The position numbers were made by a program, and so were the translations under genes. Below are positions 1 to 9,600 of a DNA stretch of 64,000 nucleotides, piece by piece. Under the pieces are notes generated by a model. The model was not told the origin of the DNA, searched no databases, and saw only the letters and a program-made list of their open reading frames with translations. Where the stretch lies: contig DJYQ01000012.1 in NCBI GenBank assembly GCA_002450165.1, forward strand, positions 519-64,518. The letters are read 5' to 3'. The stretch comes from Prevotellaceae bacterium UBA6974. Its GTDB lineage: Bacteria; Bacteroidota; Bacteroidia; Bacteroidales; Bacteroidaceae. Numbering within the stretch: position 1 is the first letter of the stretch; each line of letters begins with the position of its first letter.

Positions 1-1007
1 GGGACTTGAATGCTTATATTGATGAACGGCGAGACAAGACAAAGACCAACTATATCCTAATAGATGAAGTTCAGGATATAGAAGGTTTCGAGAACAGTAT
101 TCGCAGTTATTATGAGGAGCCGGATATTGAAATAATTGTAACAGGCTCCAACTCCAATATGCTCAGTAGTGACTTGGCTAACAAAATAGGCGGTCGCTAC
201 AAGGAAATCTTCGTTCAGGCACTAAGCTACGAGGAATTCATGGAGTTTCACGAGCTGCCCGACAGCGATGACACTTTGGCAAAATATATTCAGTTTGGCG
301 GACTGCCAGGTTTGAAGAAGATTGGACTCGACGAACAGGATGCAAGGGAATATCAGATGGATGTCTATAGCACCGTACTGCTGAAGGATGTTATCAAACG
401 GAATAATATCCGCAATGTGCCTTTTCTGGAAAACCTTGTTCATTTCCTTGCTGACAATGCAGGGAAAATCATTTCTGCCAACAGCATAGCAAAGTATATG
501 CGGTCGCAAGGTGAGAACATCACCTCCACTGCCATTATCAATTATGCTAAGTATCTGAGCGAATCATACATGATCCACAAGGTGAACAGGTATGACATTC
601 ACGGACGGAAGATATTTGAGAGCAACGACAAATTCTATTTCGAAGACAATGGTATTCGTAATGCTCTTGTAGGTGGTTCACGCGAGAGAGACATTGAGAA
701 GGTGATAGAGAATATCATCTACAATCACCTTGTACGCCTGGGATATGAAGTGATGGTCGGACAACTTCAGGCTGGTGAGATTGATTTTGTATGTACCAAG
801 CCCAAAGGCGAAAGAATCTATGTTCAGGCTTCCTACATTATAGCCGACGATAACACATATGAGCGTGAGTTTGGTAATCTCCGTGCCATCAAAGACAACT
901 ATCCCAAATATGTTATCTCTATGACACCATTGGTAACCAAGTCTGATGACAACGGCATAACTCATCTTCATCTCAGGAGGTTCTTAACAGAAGGATTGGA
1001 GAGATAA
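1..1007 (+). CDS. AAA+ ATPase of the DUF4143 type (5' partial, continues upstream of the window)
   Basis: The reading frame is open to base 1, and the listed start at 6 is only an in-frame TTG. A Walker-B-like LIDEVQDI block lies near the visible N-terminus, and the C-terminal half resembles the Bacteroidetes 'ATP-binding protein' DUF4143 family. Recognised from memory only. Confidence 0.7.
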   Translation, partial: DLNAYIDERRDKTKTNYILIDEVQDIEGFENSIRSYYEEPDIEIIVTGSNSNMLSSDLANKIGGRYKEIFVQALSYEEFMEFHELPDSDDTLAKYIQFGGLPGLKKIGLDEQDAREYQMDVYSTVLLKDVIKRNNIRNVPFLENLVHFLADNAGKIISANSIAKYMRSQGENITSTAIINYAKYLSESYMIHKVNRYDIHGRKIFESNDKFYFEDNGIRNALVGGSRERDIEKVIENIIYNHLVRLGYEVMVGQLQAGEIDFVCTKPKGERIYVQASYIIADDNTYEREFGNLRAIKDNYPKYVISMTPLVTKSDDNGITHLHLRRFLTEGLER

Positions 1008-1426
1008 CGAAGGGTATGCGAAAGGTATGCCAGTGTGCTTTTTGCGACTGAAATCGGTTGACACCGCAATATCGTAGGAAAGGAATATCGTAGGGCTATC
1101 GTGGAGATATCCCCGCGGGCCTTCACATGGGCTTTAGATAGCCTATAGACAGGCATCACCTATACTCAACAGTAAAGGTGATGTATATGTGATGTGAAGG
1201 TGATGTAAAGGTAAAGCGAGAATGAGGCGTGTTTCGGATTTTTCATGACAGCAAATATCCGAAGGGAAATATGTCCCCTATTTTTCTACCATGGCAAAAT
1301 AATTTTCCTGTGCGGAGAAAAATTATTTTGAGTGCAGTGAAAATAAATTCACCCAACATTTCAAGTGAAGAATTAGCATAATAATAAAATTATGCCAGAT
1401 ATGAAGACAACGGTGTTATAACTTAA

Positions 1427-3904
1427 CTAGTTAGACTTCCAAAGAAGAACATTCTCCGTTGTACAGGCAGAACCTTTTGTTGCATTGCAGTTAGTCGTAT
1501 AGATAGAACCTATATAGGGATCCATATGACTGGTATGGTCTTCCCATCTTACAGCATTACCAAAACACTCAAAATTCAAATTACAAGTTACTTCTGCCTT
1601 ACAGAAATCATAAGGACCGCCATCTGGAATATTAAAATCAGCATACGAATACAGCAACCATCCGTCATAGGTCGGGTTAACTGGAGTAGTAACACTCTCT
1701 GTCATTTCCGTCACGACAGAAGGACCGCTTGCCTGAGTTGTCCATTTAAGTGTTATTGTACCCTTGATCATACCGGTAAGAACACCGTTGCTCTTGCGGA
1801 CGCAATAAACACGAACCTTGTCACCTGGTCCAATCTCGCCACGCTCAGTATCCTCTCCAACACCGCCTTTCTTGACTTTGTAGTCAAAGCCCTTCCATGT
1901 AGGCGGTACAACATCATATCGAACTCTTTCTTGAGTATATATAAGGGATAATCTATTGTCCGTCCCATTATCGAAATAAATTGTTGCAGCACGTACCTCG
2001 CCTGTTGTGTTGGCATCGAACGTAATCTCTGGATATAATTCATATATTTTTCCGTTCTCTAAGACATTGTAACTCATTGTTCCTAAATGCGCCCAACTCT
2101 CGCTGCAACTAAGTTCCACATCTCTCGTAGTTGTCAGTACGACAGTCTTTGTGCCACCCTCGGCCGGGACTACATAGTTGTTGTCCTGGTCACGAACAGT
2201 TAAATTCCATTCCTCTGAATATCCGCCGTTGGCCATAATGGTCAGTATGGTTGTGACATCACCAATCTCTATCTCACCATTGCCATTGGCATCAGCAGCC
2301 TTTTTGTCGTATCCGATTGCTTCCGGCGTAGCCATCAGAGTTAGCACGGATGTAACGTCACCTATCTCAACCTCGCCGTTGCCATTGGCGTCTCCTACGA
2401 TATATGTAGGTTCTGCAACATGAAGGATAGTTCCGAAATTTTTCCAAGGAGTAGTAGATTCGTATGTATCTAAAGATGTTTCTGGTACATACAGCGTTGC
2501 AGACGCTATGGTGCCACTTTGGAAAACATTTGGTCCAGTAGACGGCACCTGTTCTGCCAAGCAGGTTACTGATGTCAGGCTACTACAACCACCGAATGCA
2601 GAGCTCTCAATGCTTGTCACACTATTGCCTATGGTCACTGATGTCAGGTCGCTGCAACCATAGAAAGCATAACCTCCAATACTTGTCACACTGTTGGGAA
2701 TGGTGACTGATGTCAAGTCTCTACAATCCTCGAAAGCAGATCTCCCAATGCTTGTCACACTGTTTGGGATGGTAACTGATGTCAGGCCACTGCAACCAGA
2801 GAAAGCATAGTTTCCAATGCTTGTCACACTGTTGCCAATGGTTACTGATGTCAGTCCGCTACAACCATAGAAAGCAGAACTTCCAATACTTGTCACACTG
2901 TTGGGAATGCTTGCTGATGTCAGGCCACTGCAATACGCGAAAGCACCTTCTCCAATGCTTGTCACACTCTTGCCAATGGTTACTGATATCAGGCCACTGC
3001 AATCATTGAAAGTCATCTCTCCAATGCTTGTCACGCTGTTGGGAATGGTTACAGATGTCAGGCCACTGCAACCACGGAAAGCTTCTTTTCCAATGCTTGT
3101 CACGCTATTGGGAATGGTTACTGATGTCAGTTCGCTGCAACCATAGAAAGCAGAACTTTCAATGCTTGTCACACTGTTGGGAATGGTTGTGGTTTTACAA
3201 CCAACAATCAGAGTATTTGTAGATGATTCTATAATAGCATTACAGTTATTCCTGCAATCATACTTAGGATTACCTTCTTCAACCTTTAACGATGTCAGGC
3301 CACTGCAATACGCGAAAGCACCTTCTCCAATGCTTGTCACACTGTTGGGAATGGTCACTGATGTCAGGCCGCTACAGCCACTGAAAGCAAATCTTCCAAT
3401 GCTTGTCACACTGTTAGGTAGGATTATGGAAGTAAGACTTCTGCAATTTTTAAAACATTCTTTTCCTATAAATTTCACACTATTGCCTATAGTAATGGAT
3501 TTAAGGGAATAGCAGTTCTCGAATGTTTCTTCTTCAATGCCGGTCACACCATTACCAATAGTCACGTATTCGAGAGCATTGCAGCTATCAAAGGTGCTTT
3601 GTCCGACACTTGTCACACTGTTGGGAATGGTTATTGATGTCAGTTCGCTGCAACCATAGAAAGCATATTCTCCAATGCTTGTCACTTCATAGGTCTTACT
3701 ACTATATGTTACTTTAGATGGAATTATAATTGAGCCGGAATATGAATTATAATATTTCGTTTTATAAGTTACCGTTACGCTCGTTTTGTCGGAATTTATA
3801 TTGTAATAAATACCATCTAATACAAAATCATACGCCCATGAGAGGGTGCTGACAGTAAGGAACAAGATAGAGACGAGAAGTCGCTGCAATAGATATTGTT
3901 TCAT
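1427..3904 (-). CDS. BspA-type leucine-rich-repeat surface protein with a dockerin-like EF-hand pair, a BACON-like segment and a Cys-rich C-terminal region
   Basis: The ATG at 3904 gives the signal peptide MKQYLLQRLLVSILFLTVSTLSWA. The longer listed ORF starts at a TTG (3949) inside the predicted -7 box. About 15 tandem ~23-aa units match IPNSVTSIGxxAFxGCSGLTSVT. Two GDANGNGE(V/I)EIGDVT segments are spaced like a type I dockerin. No T9SS-type tail is present. Confidence 0.85.
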   Translation of the reverse strand: MKQYLLQRLLVSILFLTVSTLSWAYDFVLDGIYYNINSDKTSVTVTYKTKYYNSYSGSIIIPSKVTYSSKTYEVTSIGEYAFYGCSELTSITIPNSVTSVGQSTFDSCNALEYVTIGNGVTGIEEETFENCYSLKSITIGNSVKFIGKECFKNCRSLTSIILPNSVTSIGRFAFSGCSGLTSVTIPNSVTSIGEGAFAYCSGLTSLKVEEGNPKYDCRNNCNAIIESSTNTLIVGCKTTTIPNSVTSIESSAFYGCSELTSVTIPNSVTSIGKEAFRGCSGLTSVTIPNSVTSIGEMTFNDCSGLISVTIGKSVTSIGEGAFAYCSGLTSASIPNSVTSIGSSAFYGCSGLTSVTIGNSVTSIGNYAFSGCSGLTSVTIPNSVTSIGRSAFEDCRDLTSVTIPNSVTSIGGYAFYGCSDLTSVTIGNSVTSIESSAFGGCSSLTSVTCLAEQVPSTGPNVFQSGTIASATLYVPETSLDTYESTTPWKNFGTILHVAEPTYIVGDANGNGEVEIGDVTSVLTLMATPEAIGYDKKAADANGNGEIEIGDVTTILTIMANGGYSEEWNLTVRDQDNNYVVPAEGGTKTVVLTTTRDVELSCSESWAHLGTMSYNVLENGKIYELYPEITFDANTTGEVRAATIYFDNGTDNRLSLIYTQERVRYDVVPPTWKGFDYKVKKGGVGEDTERGEIGPGDKVRVYCVRKSNGVLTGMIKGTITLKWTTQASGPSVVTEMTESVTTPVNPTYDGWLLYSYADFNIPDGGPYDFCKAEVTCNLNFECFGNAVRWEDHTSHMDPYIGSIYTTNCNATKGSACTTENVLLWKSN

Positions 3905-3946
3905 GGTAATCACTTTTTGCTTTGATTTGATGTCATAGCGATAACG

Positions 3947-3954
3947 CAAAGTTA
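3947..3954 (-). promoter_or_regulatory. Candidate Bacteroidetes -7 promoter box (TAACTTTG on the minus strand) for the LRR gene
   Basis: The plus strand reads CAAAGTTA, the reverse complement of the TAnnTTTG consensus. It lies 43 nt upstream of the ATG at 3904. Confidence 0.4.
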
Positions 3955-3995
3955 ATAGTTTTTACAATATTAACAATGCTATTCGTATAAAAAAC

Positions 3996-4149
3996 ACATG
4001 TTCAGCTCCAATTGAAGTCATGCTAAACTCATACTAAACTCATGCTGATCTCATGCTGATCTCATGCTGATCTCATGCTGATGTCATACTCAACTCATAC
4101 TCAACTCTAGCTGATGTCATGCTGAGCTCTAATTGAGGTCATGTTCATT
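3996..4149. repeat. 11-bp tandem array (consensus TCATGCTGATC), 12 clear units plus 2 degenerate ones
   Basis: I counted units directly: TCAT starts every 11 bp from 4018 to 4139. Four are perfect TCATGCTGATC/G copies (4040-4083). The array is bracketed by 19-bp direct repeats, AGCTCCAATTGAAGTCATG (4004-4022) and AGCTCTAATTGAGGTCATG (4125-4143). Confidence 0.9.
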
Positions 4150-4477
4150 AATCTGTGAGACTCATTGACAAAAGTATGAGCCAACGGCAAGAAGTGGATA
4201 TTGCGGAATAACTATGAAAAAAGTTTTTCCTAACGTAGGGGATAATTTTTTATAGTATGGCCATAAAAAACGGCTCAGGGAATTGGTTTTATGGATTAGG
4301 AAAAATCTTTATATCCTTAAAATTTATTATATGGTATCGGCGCCTAGCGGAAGGTCGTTGAAAGTTGAGACATTTTGCTAGTGACCTTATAAAAGGAACC
4401 ATGACATCATAACACGTTTCCGGCAACGACTAGACACCCCTTTTTCTGAAAATAGTAAGTAAGTTAGTAAGTAAGAT

Positions 4478-4512
4478 GAGTAAGTCGGGGATAGGCCCCG
4501 ACTTACTCTTTT
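4478..4512 (+). terminator. Orphan intrinsic-terminator-like hairpin
   Basis: A perfect 13-bp stem, GAGTAAGTCGGGG (4478-4490) / CCCCGACTTACTC (4496-4508), has a 5-nt loop and is followed by TTTTAT. No plus-strand gene lies upstream. Confidence 0.5.
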
Positions 4513-4641
4513 ATGAACGCCGAAGGGGTCGCGAGCCAACGGCGAGAACGAAGTGGCAATTATGAATGCTGCGATTAAGCGAGAGCAATAATAAGCTTAC
4601 TTAATTATTGCCGAGCGTTAGCAGTATCGAAGCGAAGCTTC

Positions 4642-4716
4642 AATTATGCATTATGAATTGAGAATTATGCATTATGAATTGAGAATTATGAATTATGAAT
4701 TATGAATTATGAATTA
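4642..4716. repeat. AATTNNN heptamer-periodic array (largest copy of a dispersed family)
   Basis: AATTATGCATTATGAATTGAG occurs twice, followed by AATTATG four times and AATTA. The last unit contains the stop codon of the LRR remnant. Confidence 0.9.
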
Positions 4717-4905
4717 CTCCCCTCCTGCCATAATCCACAATATCTTGGTCACGTCACCAATCTCAATCTCACCATTCTGGTTGGCATCGCCAGGGAGACC
4801 TACCACTCCTACATCAATGCCCTGGATGCTGGTGACGCTACCGGGGATGGTGACTGATGTAAGACTCGTACAGTTTCGGAAGGCACTGGAATGGATTCCT
4901 ATAAC
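4714..4905 (-). pseudogene. 3' remnant of a BspA-LRR/dockerin paralog (63 codons, no start codon)
   Basis: The minus-strand frame reads VIGIHSSAFRNCTSLTSVTIPGSVTSIQGIDVGVVGLPGDANQNGEIEIGDVTKILWIMAGGE*. That is one LRR unit plus one dockerin-like loop. An in-frame stop sits immediately upstream at 4906-4908. Confidence 0.7.
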
Positions 4906-5099
4906 TTATTAAACTAATATTCCATATAGTTACTATATATGCCCTACATACCGAAACTCTGCCTTTCGAACACTGAAACTTAACCGAAACTCGGTCTAAC
5001 GAAGTCCTTTGCTTCTCACTCGTTTCATTATTGCTTCTCCCTTCGATTTAGTCTTTTCTGTTGCTTGACTCATTAGCGACCTCGCCAGGCTACACGTGT

Positions 5100-5137
5100 T
5101 ACCCCCAGGAATCTACACGTGCAGACTCCTGGGGGTA
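5100..5137 (-). terminator. Hairpin downstream of the efflux operon (no U tract)
   Basis: An 11-bp perfect stem, TACCCCCAGGA / TCCTGGGGGTA, has a 16-nt loop. It lies 24 nt beyond the OMF stop codon. Confidence 0.35.
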
Positions 5138-5161
5138 GCAAAAATGGTTGATTCTTACTTT

Positions 5162-6574
5162 TTACTTTGTGCCGCCGCCAAGGGCTATGTAGAGGGCGAT
5201 GACTGCCTGTGCTCCGTCGTACAGGTTTTCTGCCTCGTTGAGCTGTGCCGAGAGGTATGATTCTTGGGCGGTGAGGACTTCCAGATAGTTGGCTTCGCCG
5301 TTGTCCATCAGGTAGTGGGTGCTGACGTAGGCTTCGTGGAGCACCTGAACCTGGCGGTTGTAGAAGCCGTGTCTCTCGCGTGCTGCCTGGCACTGTGCAA
5401 GTGCCTGGTTGACCTGGGTACCGGCGTCGATGACTGTCTGTACGTATTTTTTCTGCAGATTCTGCTCGGTCAGGCGTGAGGTCTTGAGGTTGCCCTTGAT
5501 GCGTCCGCGGTTGAAGATGGGCTGTGACAGGGAGCCGAATGCCCTGAGCAGCAGGTCACCGGGGTTGGTTACTACCCCACCACCGCTGTTGGTCCATCCC
5601 AGCAGGCCAGAGAGCGAGAGGCTTGGGAAGAAGGCTGCCCTGGCTGTCTGTGTGTTGTAGAAGGCTTCCTCCATATAGTAGTTGGCAAGGCGTATGTCGG
5701 GCCGCAGTTGCAGCATGGTGGCTGGTACTCCGACTTGTATGAAGCGGGGCTCGAATACGGGCTGTCCTTCGGTTGCCGTGTGGTATTCGGCTGCTGTGGT
5801 CCAGCGTGTGCGTGTGATGTGTTGCGGGGTGATGCAGAGCAGGCTGCAGATGTAGTTCTCGGTGGATTGTATCAAGAGTCGTGTGTCTATGATTTGTGTC
5901 TTGACGTCTATCCACGATGATTCGAGCTGGTTGACGGCGGTGGAGTATGCCTGGCCGTTGTCCCACAGGGCTTTCTCTGTCTCGAGCGATGCTGCCCACA
6001 GGCTGTCGGTGAGGGTCAGTATTTCGAGCTCGCGGTCCAGGAGCTGCAGGTAGAAGTATTGCTGTGCAATGCTGCTAATCAGGTTGGAACGTGTTGCTTC
6101 CTCGCTCATCTGGGATTGCATCAGTATGGCTTTGGCTGCGCGTTTCTTGTTGGTGATGCTTCCGAACAGATCTACGTCCCACGAGAGTTCCATCTGCAGG
6201 CTGTAGGCCTTGGTGGCACTGGCGCTGCCAAATTTGGATATTGTTCCCTGTGGTGTAAGGTACAGCGAGGGCAGGTAGGCGAGCTTGGCTGTCTTGAGGG
6301 CTATCTGGCTCTTCTCGATATTGATGCGGGCGGTGTTCAGGTCGGTGTTGTTGGCAAGGGCCTGGTCGATAAGTGCCTGCAGGTTGGTGTCGGAGAAGAA
6401 CTCGCGCCAGGACATCTGGGCAATGGATGCTCCCTGGGTGGCTACGGCCGGTGTTTCGGTGCCGAACAGGGTTTTGTCCCATTCGGGTGCCGGTTTGGGG
6501 GCTTCGTATTTCTTATATAGGCTGCAGCCGGTGAGCATAAGGCTGGCTGCAACGGTGAATAGGATTTTTTTCAT
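5162..6574 (-). CDS. RND efflux outer-membrane factor lipoprotein (TolC/NodT family)
   Basis: The lipoprotein signal is MKKILFTVAASLMLTGCS. The 470-aa protein is two-repeat and helix-rich, typical of OMF proteins. It is the last gene of the MFP-RND-OMF string. Confidence 0.9.
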   Translation of the reverse strand: MKKILFTVAASLMLTGCSLYKKYEAPKPAPEWDKTLFGTETPAVATQGASIAQMSWREFFSDTNLQALIDQALANNTDLNTARINIEKSQIALKTAKLAYLPSLYLTPQGTISKFGSASATKAYSLQMELSWDVDLFGSITNKKRAAKAILMQSQMSEEATRSNLISSIAQQYFYLQLLDRELEILTLTDSLWAASLETEKALWDNGQAYSTAVNQLESSWIDVKTQIIDTRLLIQSTENYICSLLCITPQHITRTRWTTAAEYHTATEGQPVFEPRFIQVGVPATMLQLRPDIRLANYYMEEAFYNTQTARAAFFPSLSLSGLLGWTNSGGGVVTNPGDLLLRAFGSLSQPIFNRGRIKGNLKTSRLTEQNLQKKYVQTVIDAGTQVNQALAQCQAARERHGFYNRQVQVLHEAYVSTHYLMDNGEANYLEVLTAQESYLSAQLNEAENLYDGAQAVIALYIALGGGTK

Positions 6575-6603
6575 TATTATTGTTGTTGTAAAGTTATTAA
6601 ACT

Positions 6604-9600
6604 TTAACTTTGTGTGTTGTCGCTTGTGACAAATTTTTCCTGTATTTTCTGAGTGATAATGAAGAAAACGGGAACGACGAACAGTATGGCCAGGGTGCCT
6701 ACGCTCATACCGCCAACCACTCCGACGGCGAGGGCGCGGTTGCCATTGGCTCCTGCTCCGCCTTCGATAATAAGTGGTATCATACCTGCTATCATGGTGA
6801 CAACGGTCATGAGGATTGGACGCAGGCGGTCCTTACATGCGGTGAAGGCGGCCTGGGCGATGTCCATACCGTGTTTGCGGTGCTCGGCTGCGACCTCGGT
6901 AATCAGGATGGCGGTCTTGGCCAGCAATCCTATGAGCATGATTACACCTGTCTGCAGGTATATATTGTTCTCCATGCCCTGGATACCGAAAAGTGCGGCT
7001 ATGAGGGTGACACCGAAGGCTCCCAGCAAACCGAATGGGATAGAGAGAAGCACGGCAAATGGTGTGAACCACGAGTTGTACAGTGAGCCGAGAATGAGGT
7101 AGATGAGAACCACGCAGATGCAGTAGATGACTGTGGTGGTGTTGGAACCTGCCTGTTCTGCGACCTCGCGGGACATGTTGCTGTATTCGAACGTTGCTGT
7201 TGTGGGCATTTCCTGACGGAAGACCTCGGCAATGGCCTGCTGGACCTGACCTTCGCTGTAACCGTTGGCGGGCACTACTTGGCACTCGATACTTGAGTAC
7301 AGGTTAAAGTGCTGGTTGTTGGACGGTCCGACAATTTCCTTGAGTGTAACAAACTGTGAGAGTGGTGCCATCTTGCCGTCGCTGACCTTTACAAAGATGT
7401 TCTGGAGCGAGGATGGTTCCAGGCGATACTCGGGTGCTGCGGCAGTCCATATCTGGTAAACCTTGCCAAACTGATTGTAGTTGGCAATGTATGCACCGCT
7501 GTAGTAGTTGCCCAAGGTTGTCAGCACTTCCCTGGGTGTCACGCCCGAACGGTTGCACTGGAAGGCATCGACATCTACACTGAACTTGGGGAATTTCTCG
7601 GAATAAGTGGACATGGCGATACTTACTTCCTTGCGCTCCATGAGCTTGTACAGGAAGTTGTCGGTCATCCGGGAGAATTCTGACAGGTCGCCGTCGGTTG
7701 GATCCTCGACGACGAGGTTTACGTTATTGCTTGTACCATAGCCTGGAATCTGAGGCAGCTGGAAGGGAATGACGGTTGCATTCTTGATGCTCATGCACGA
7801 TATGGCCAGACGGGTCAGTGCGGTTTCGACGTTGTGTTCGATACCCGGACGCTCCTCCCAGTTCTTCAGGCGGATAATGAAGGTGCCGTAGCTGGAGCCA
7901 TATCCCGAAATCATACCGTAGCCGCTCACCATCGAATAGCTTTCCAGTTCGGGTATCTCCTTGACCTTTTCCTCAACTTGCTTCAGCAGTTCGTTGGTCT
8001 GCTGCAGGGTGTAGCCCTCGGGTGCATCGACCTCGGCCATGAAAATACCCTGATCCTCTTGTGGTACGAGGCCCGAGGGAAGGTTCTGCATGCAGAAAAA
8101 GAGCAGCACTGCTGCAATGGCCAGCACGCTGACTGCCACGAGGGGGCGCTTGATGAACTTCTGCACGGCCTTGGAGTATTTGTCAAGAAGGGCATTGTAA
8201 CTGGTTTCGTAAGCCAGCTTGGTATAGTAGGAAAGTCCCTTGCCTTCTTTCTTGCCTTCGGTAACCCTGAGCATGATGGCGCACAGGGCAGGACAGGTGG
8301 TAAGCGCCTGCAGACAGGACAGACCAACGGCCGAGGCTATGGTTATACCGAACTGTGTGAAGAACGTTCCGGAGGTACCGCCCAGGAATGTAACGGGGAT
8401 GAACACTGCCATGAAGACGAGCGTACACGAGAACACGGCCATGGATACTTCGTTCATGGCTTGTCGTGTGGCTTCCCTGGCATCTGTCATGCCGCCCTCG
8501 ATCTTAGCCATCACGGCCTCTACGACCACGATGGCATCATCTACCACGGTACCTATGGCCAGCACCAGGGCGAAGAGTGTAAGCAGGTTAAGCGAGAAGC
8601 CTGCCATCGTGACAATCATGAAGGTTCCCATCAGCGATACGACAATAGATATACTGGGGATTATTGTTGCCTTGATGTTTTGCAGGAAGAAGAAAACGAC
8701 TAGAATCACCAGAATGATTGCAATGACGAGTGTTTCTACTACATTGCCAATGGCTGCAAAGAGGAAGTCGTCTGTGTTCTGCAAGGTGACGAACTCCAAA
8801 CCGGCTGGCATTGTTGCCTTCAACTCCTCGCACATTTTGTCGATGCGTGCGTTAATCTCGGTGGCATTGGACCCTGGTGACTGGAAAATCATCATGATGG
8901 CACCGGGCTGACCGTTAATGTTGGAGATGAAACTGTATGACTTGGCACCGATTTCCACTTCGGCAACATCCTTGAGGTACAGCACATGACCGCCTTCCGA
9001 GGTCTTGATTACGATGTCCTCGAATTCCTCAATCTCCTTCAGAGTACCCTTGTACTCCATGGTGTACTTGTATTTGTTGTCCGACTGGTCACCAAAGCTG
9101 CCTACAGCGGTAACAAAGCTTTGGCTGTTGATGGCTGCGCTGACATCGTCGGGAGTCAGGCCGTATTGTGCCATCACATCGGGCTTCATCCACACGCGCA
9201 AGGCGTATGTGTTGCCTAATGCCAGCACCGAGCCTACACCATAGATGCGCTGCATGCGAGGCTTGATGTTGATGTCAACATAGTTGGATACAAAGTCGTC
9301 GCTATACTTGCCGTTGGTACATTGTACGCCTATGATGCGCAGAATACTGTTCTGTCGTTTCTCGGTCTCTATACCTACATTGATAACGGCCGCTGGCAAC
9401 TGTGACTGCGCCTTGGATACACGGTTTTGTACATTCACCGTCGCCATGTCGGGGTCAACGCCTTGCTTGAAAAATACGTCAATGGAGACGTTACCTGTCG
9501 AGGTGGCCTTGGATACCATATAGTCCATGCCGTCAACACCATTGATACTCTCCTCCAGGGGTGCGATGACTGACTGTATAATGGTTTTTGGGTCGGCACC

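Noticed and set aside
2779-3512. A series of plus-strand ORFs (76-116 aa) with repeated MLVTLLGMVTDVRPLQ-like peptides.
   Set aside because: They are antisense shadows of the tandem LRR units of the minus-strand gene. The periodicity comes from the repeat, not from separate coding.
3996-4149. The tandem arrays here and at 28293-28378, considered as possible CRISPR arrays.
   Set aside because: The units are 11 bp long and directly abutting, with no spacers. There are no cas genes. They are simple satellites.
5073-6629. Many 60-153 aa ORFs on both strands overlapping the OMF gene.
   Set aside because: They are Arg/Pro/Gly-rich, low-complexity translations typical of off-frame reading of GC-rich coding DNA. 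The OMF frame has a lipoprotein signal and a family-typical sequence.
7834-8911. Plus-strand ORFs of 289 and 223 aa inside the RND pump gene.
   Set aside because: They lie antisense to an unmistakable AcrB-type permease. Their translations are His/Gly/Cys-rich with no recognisable fold.
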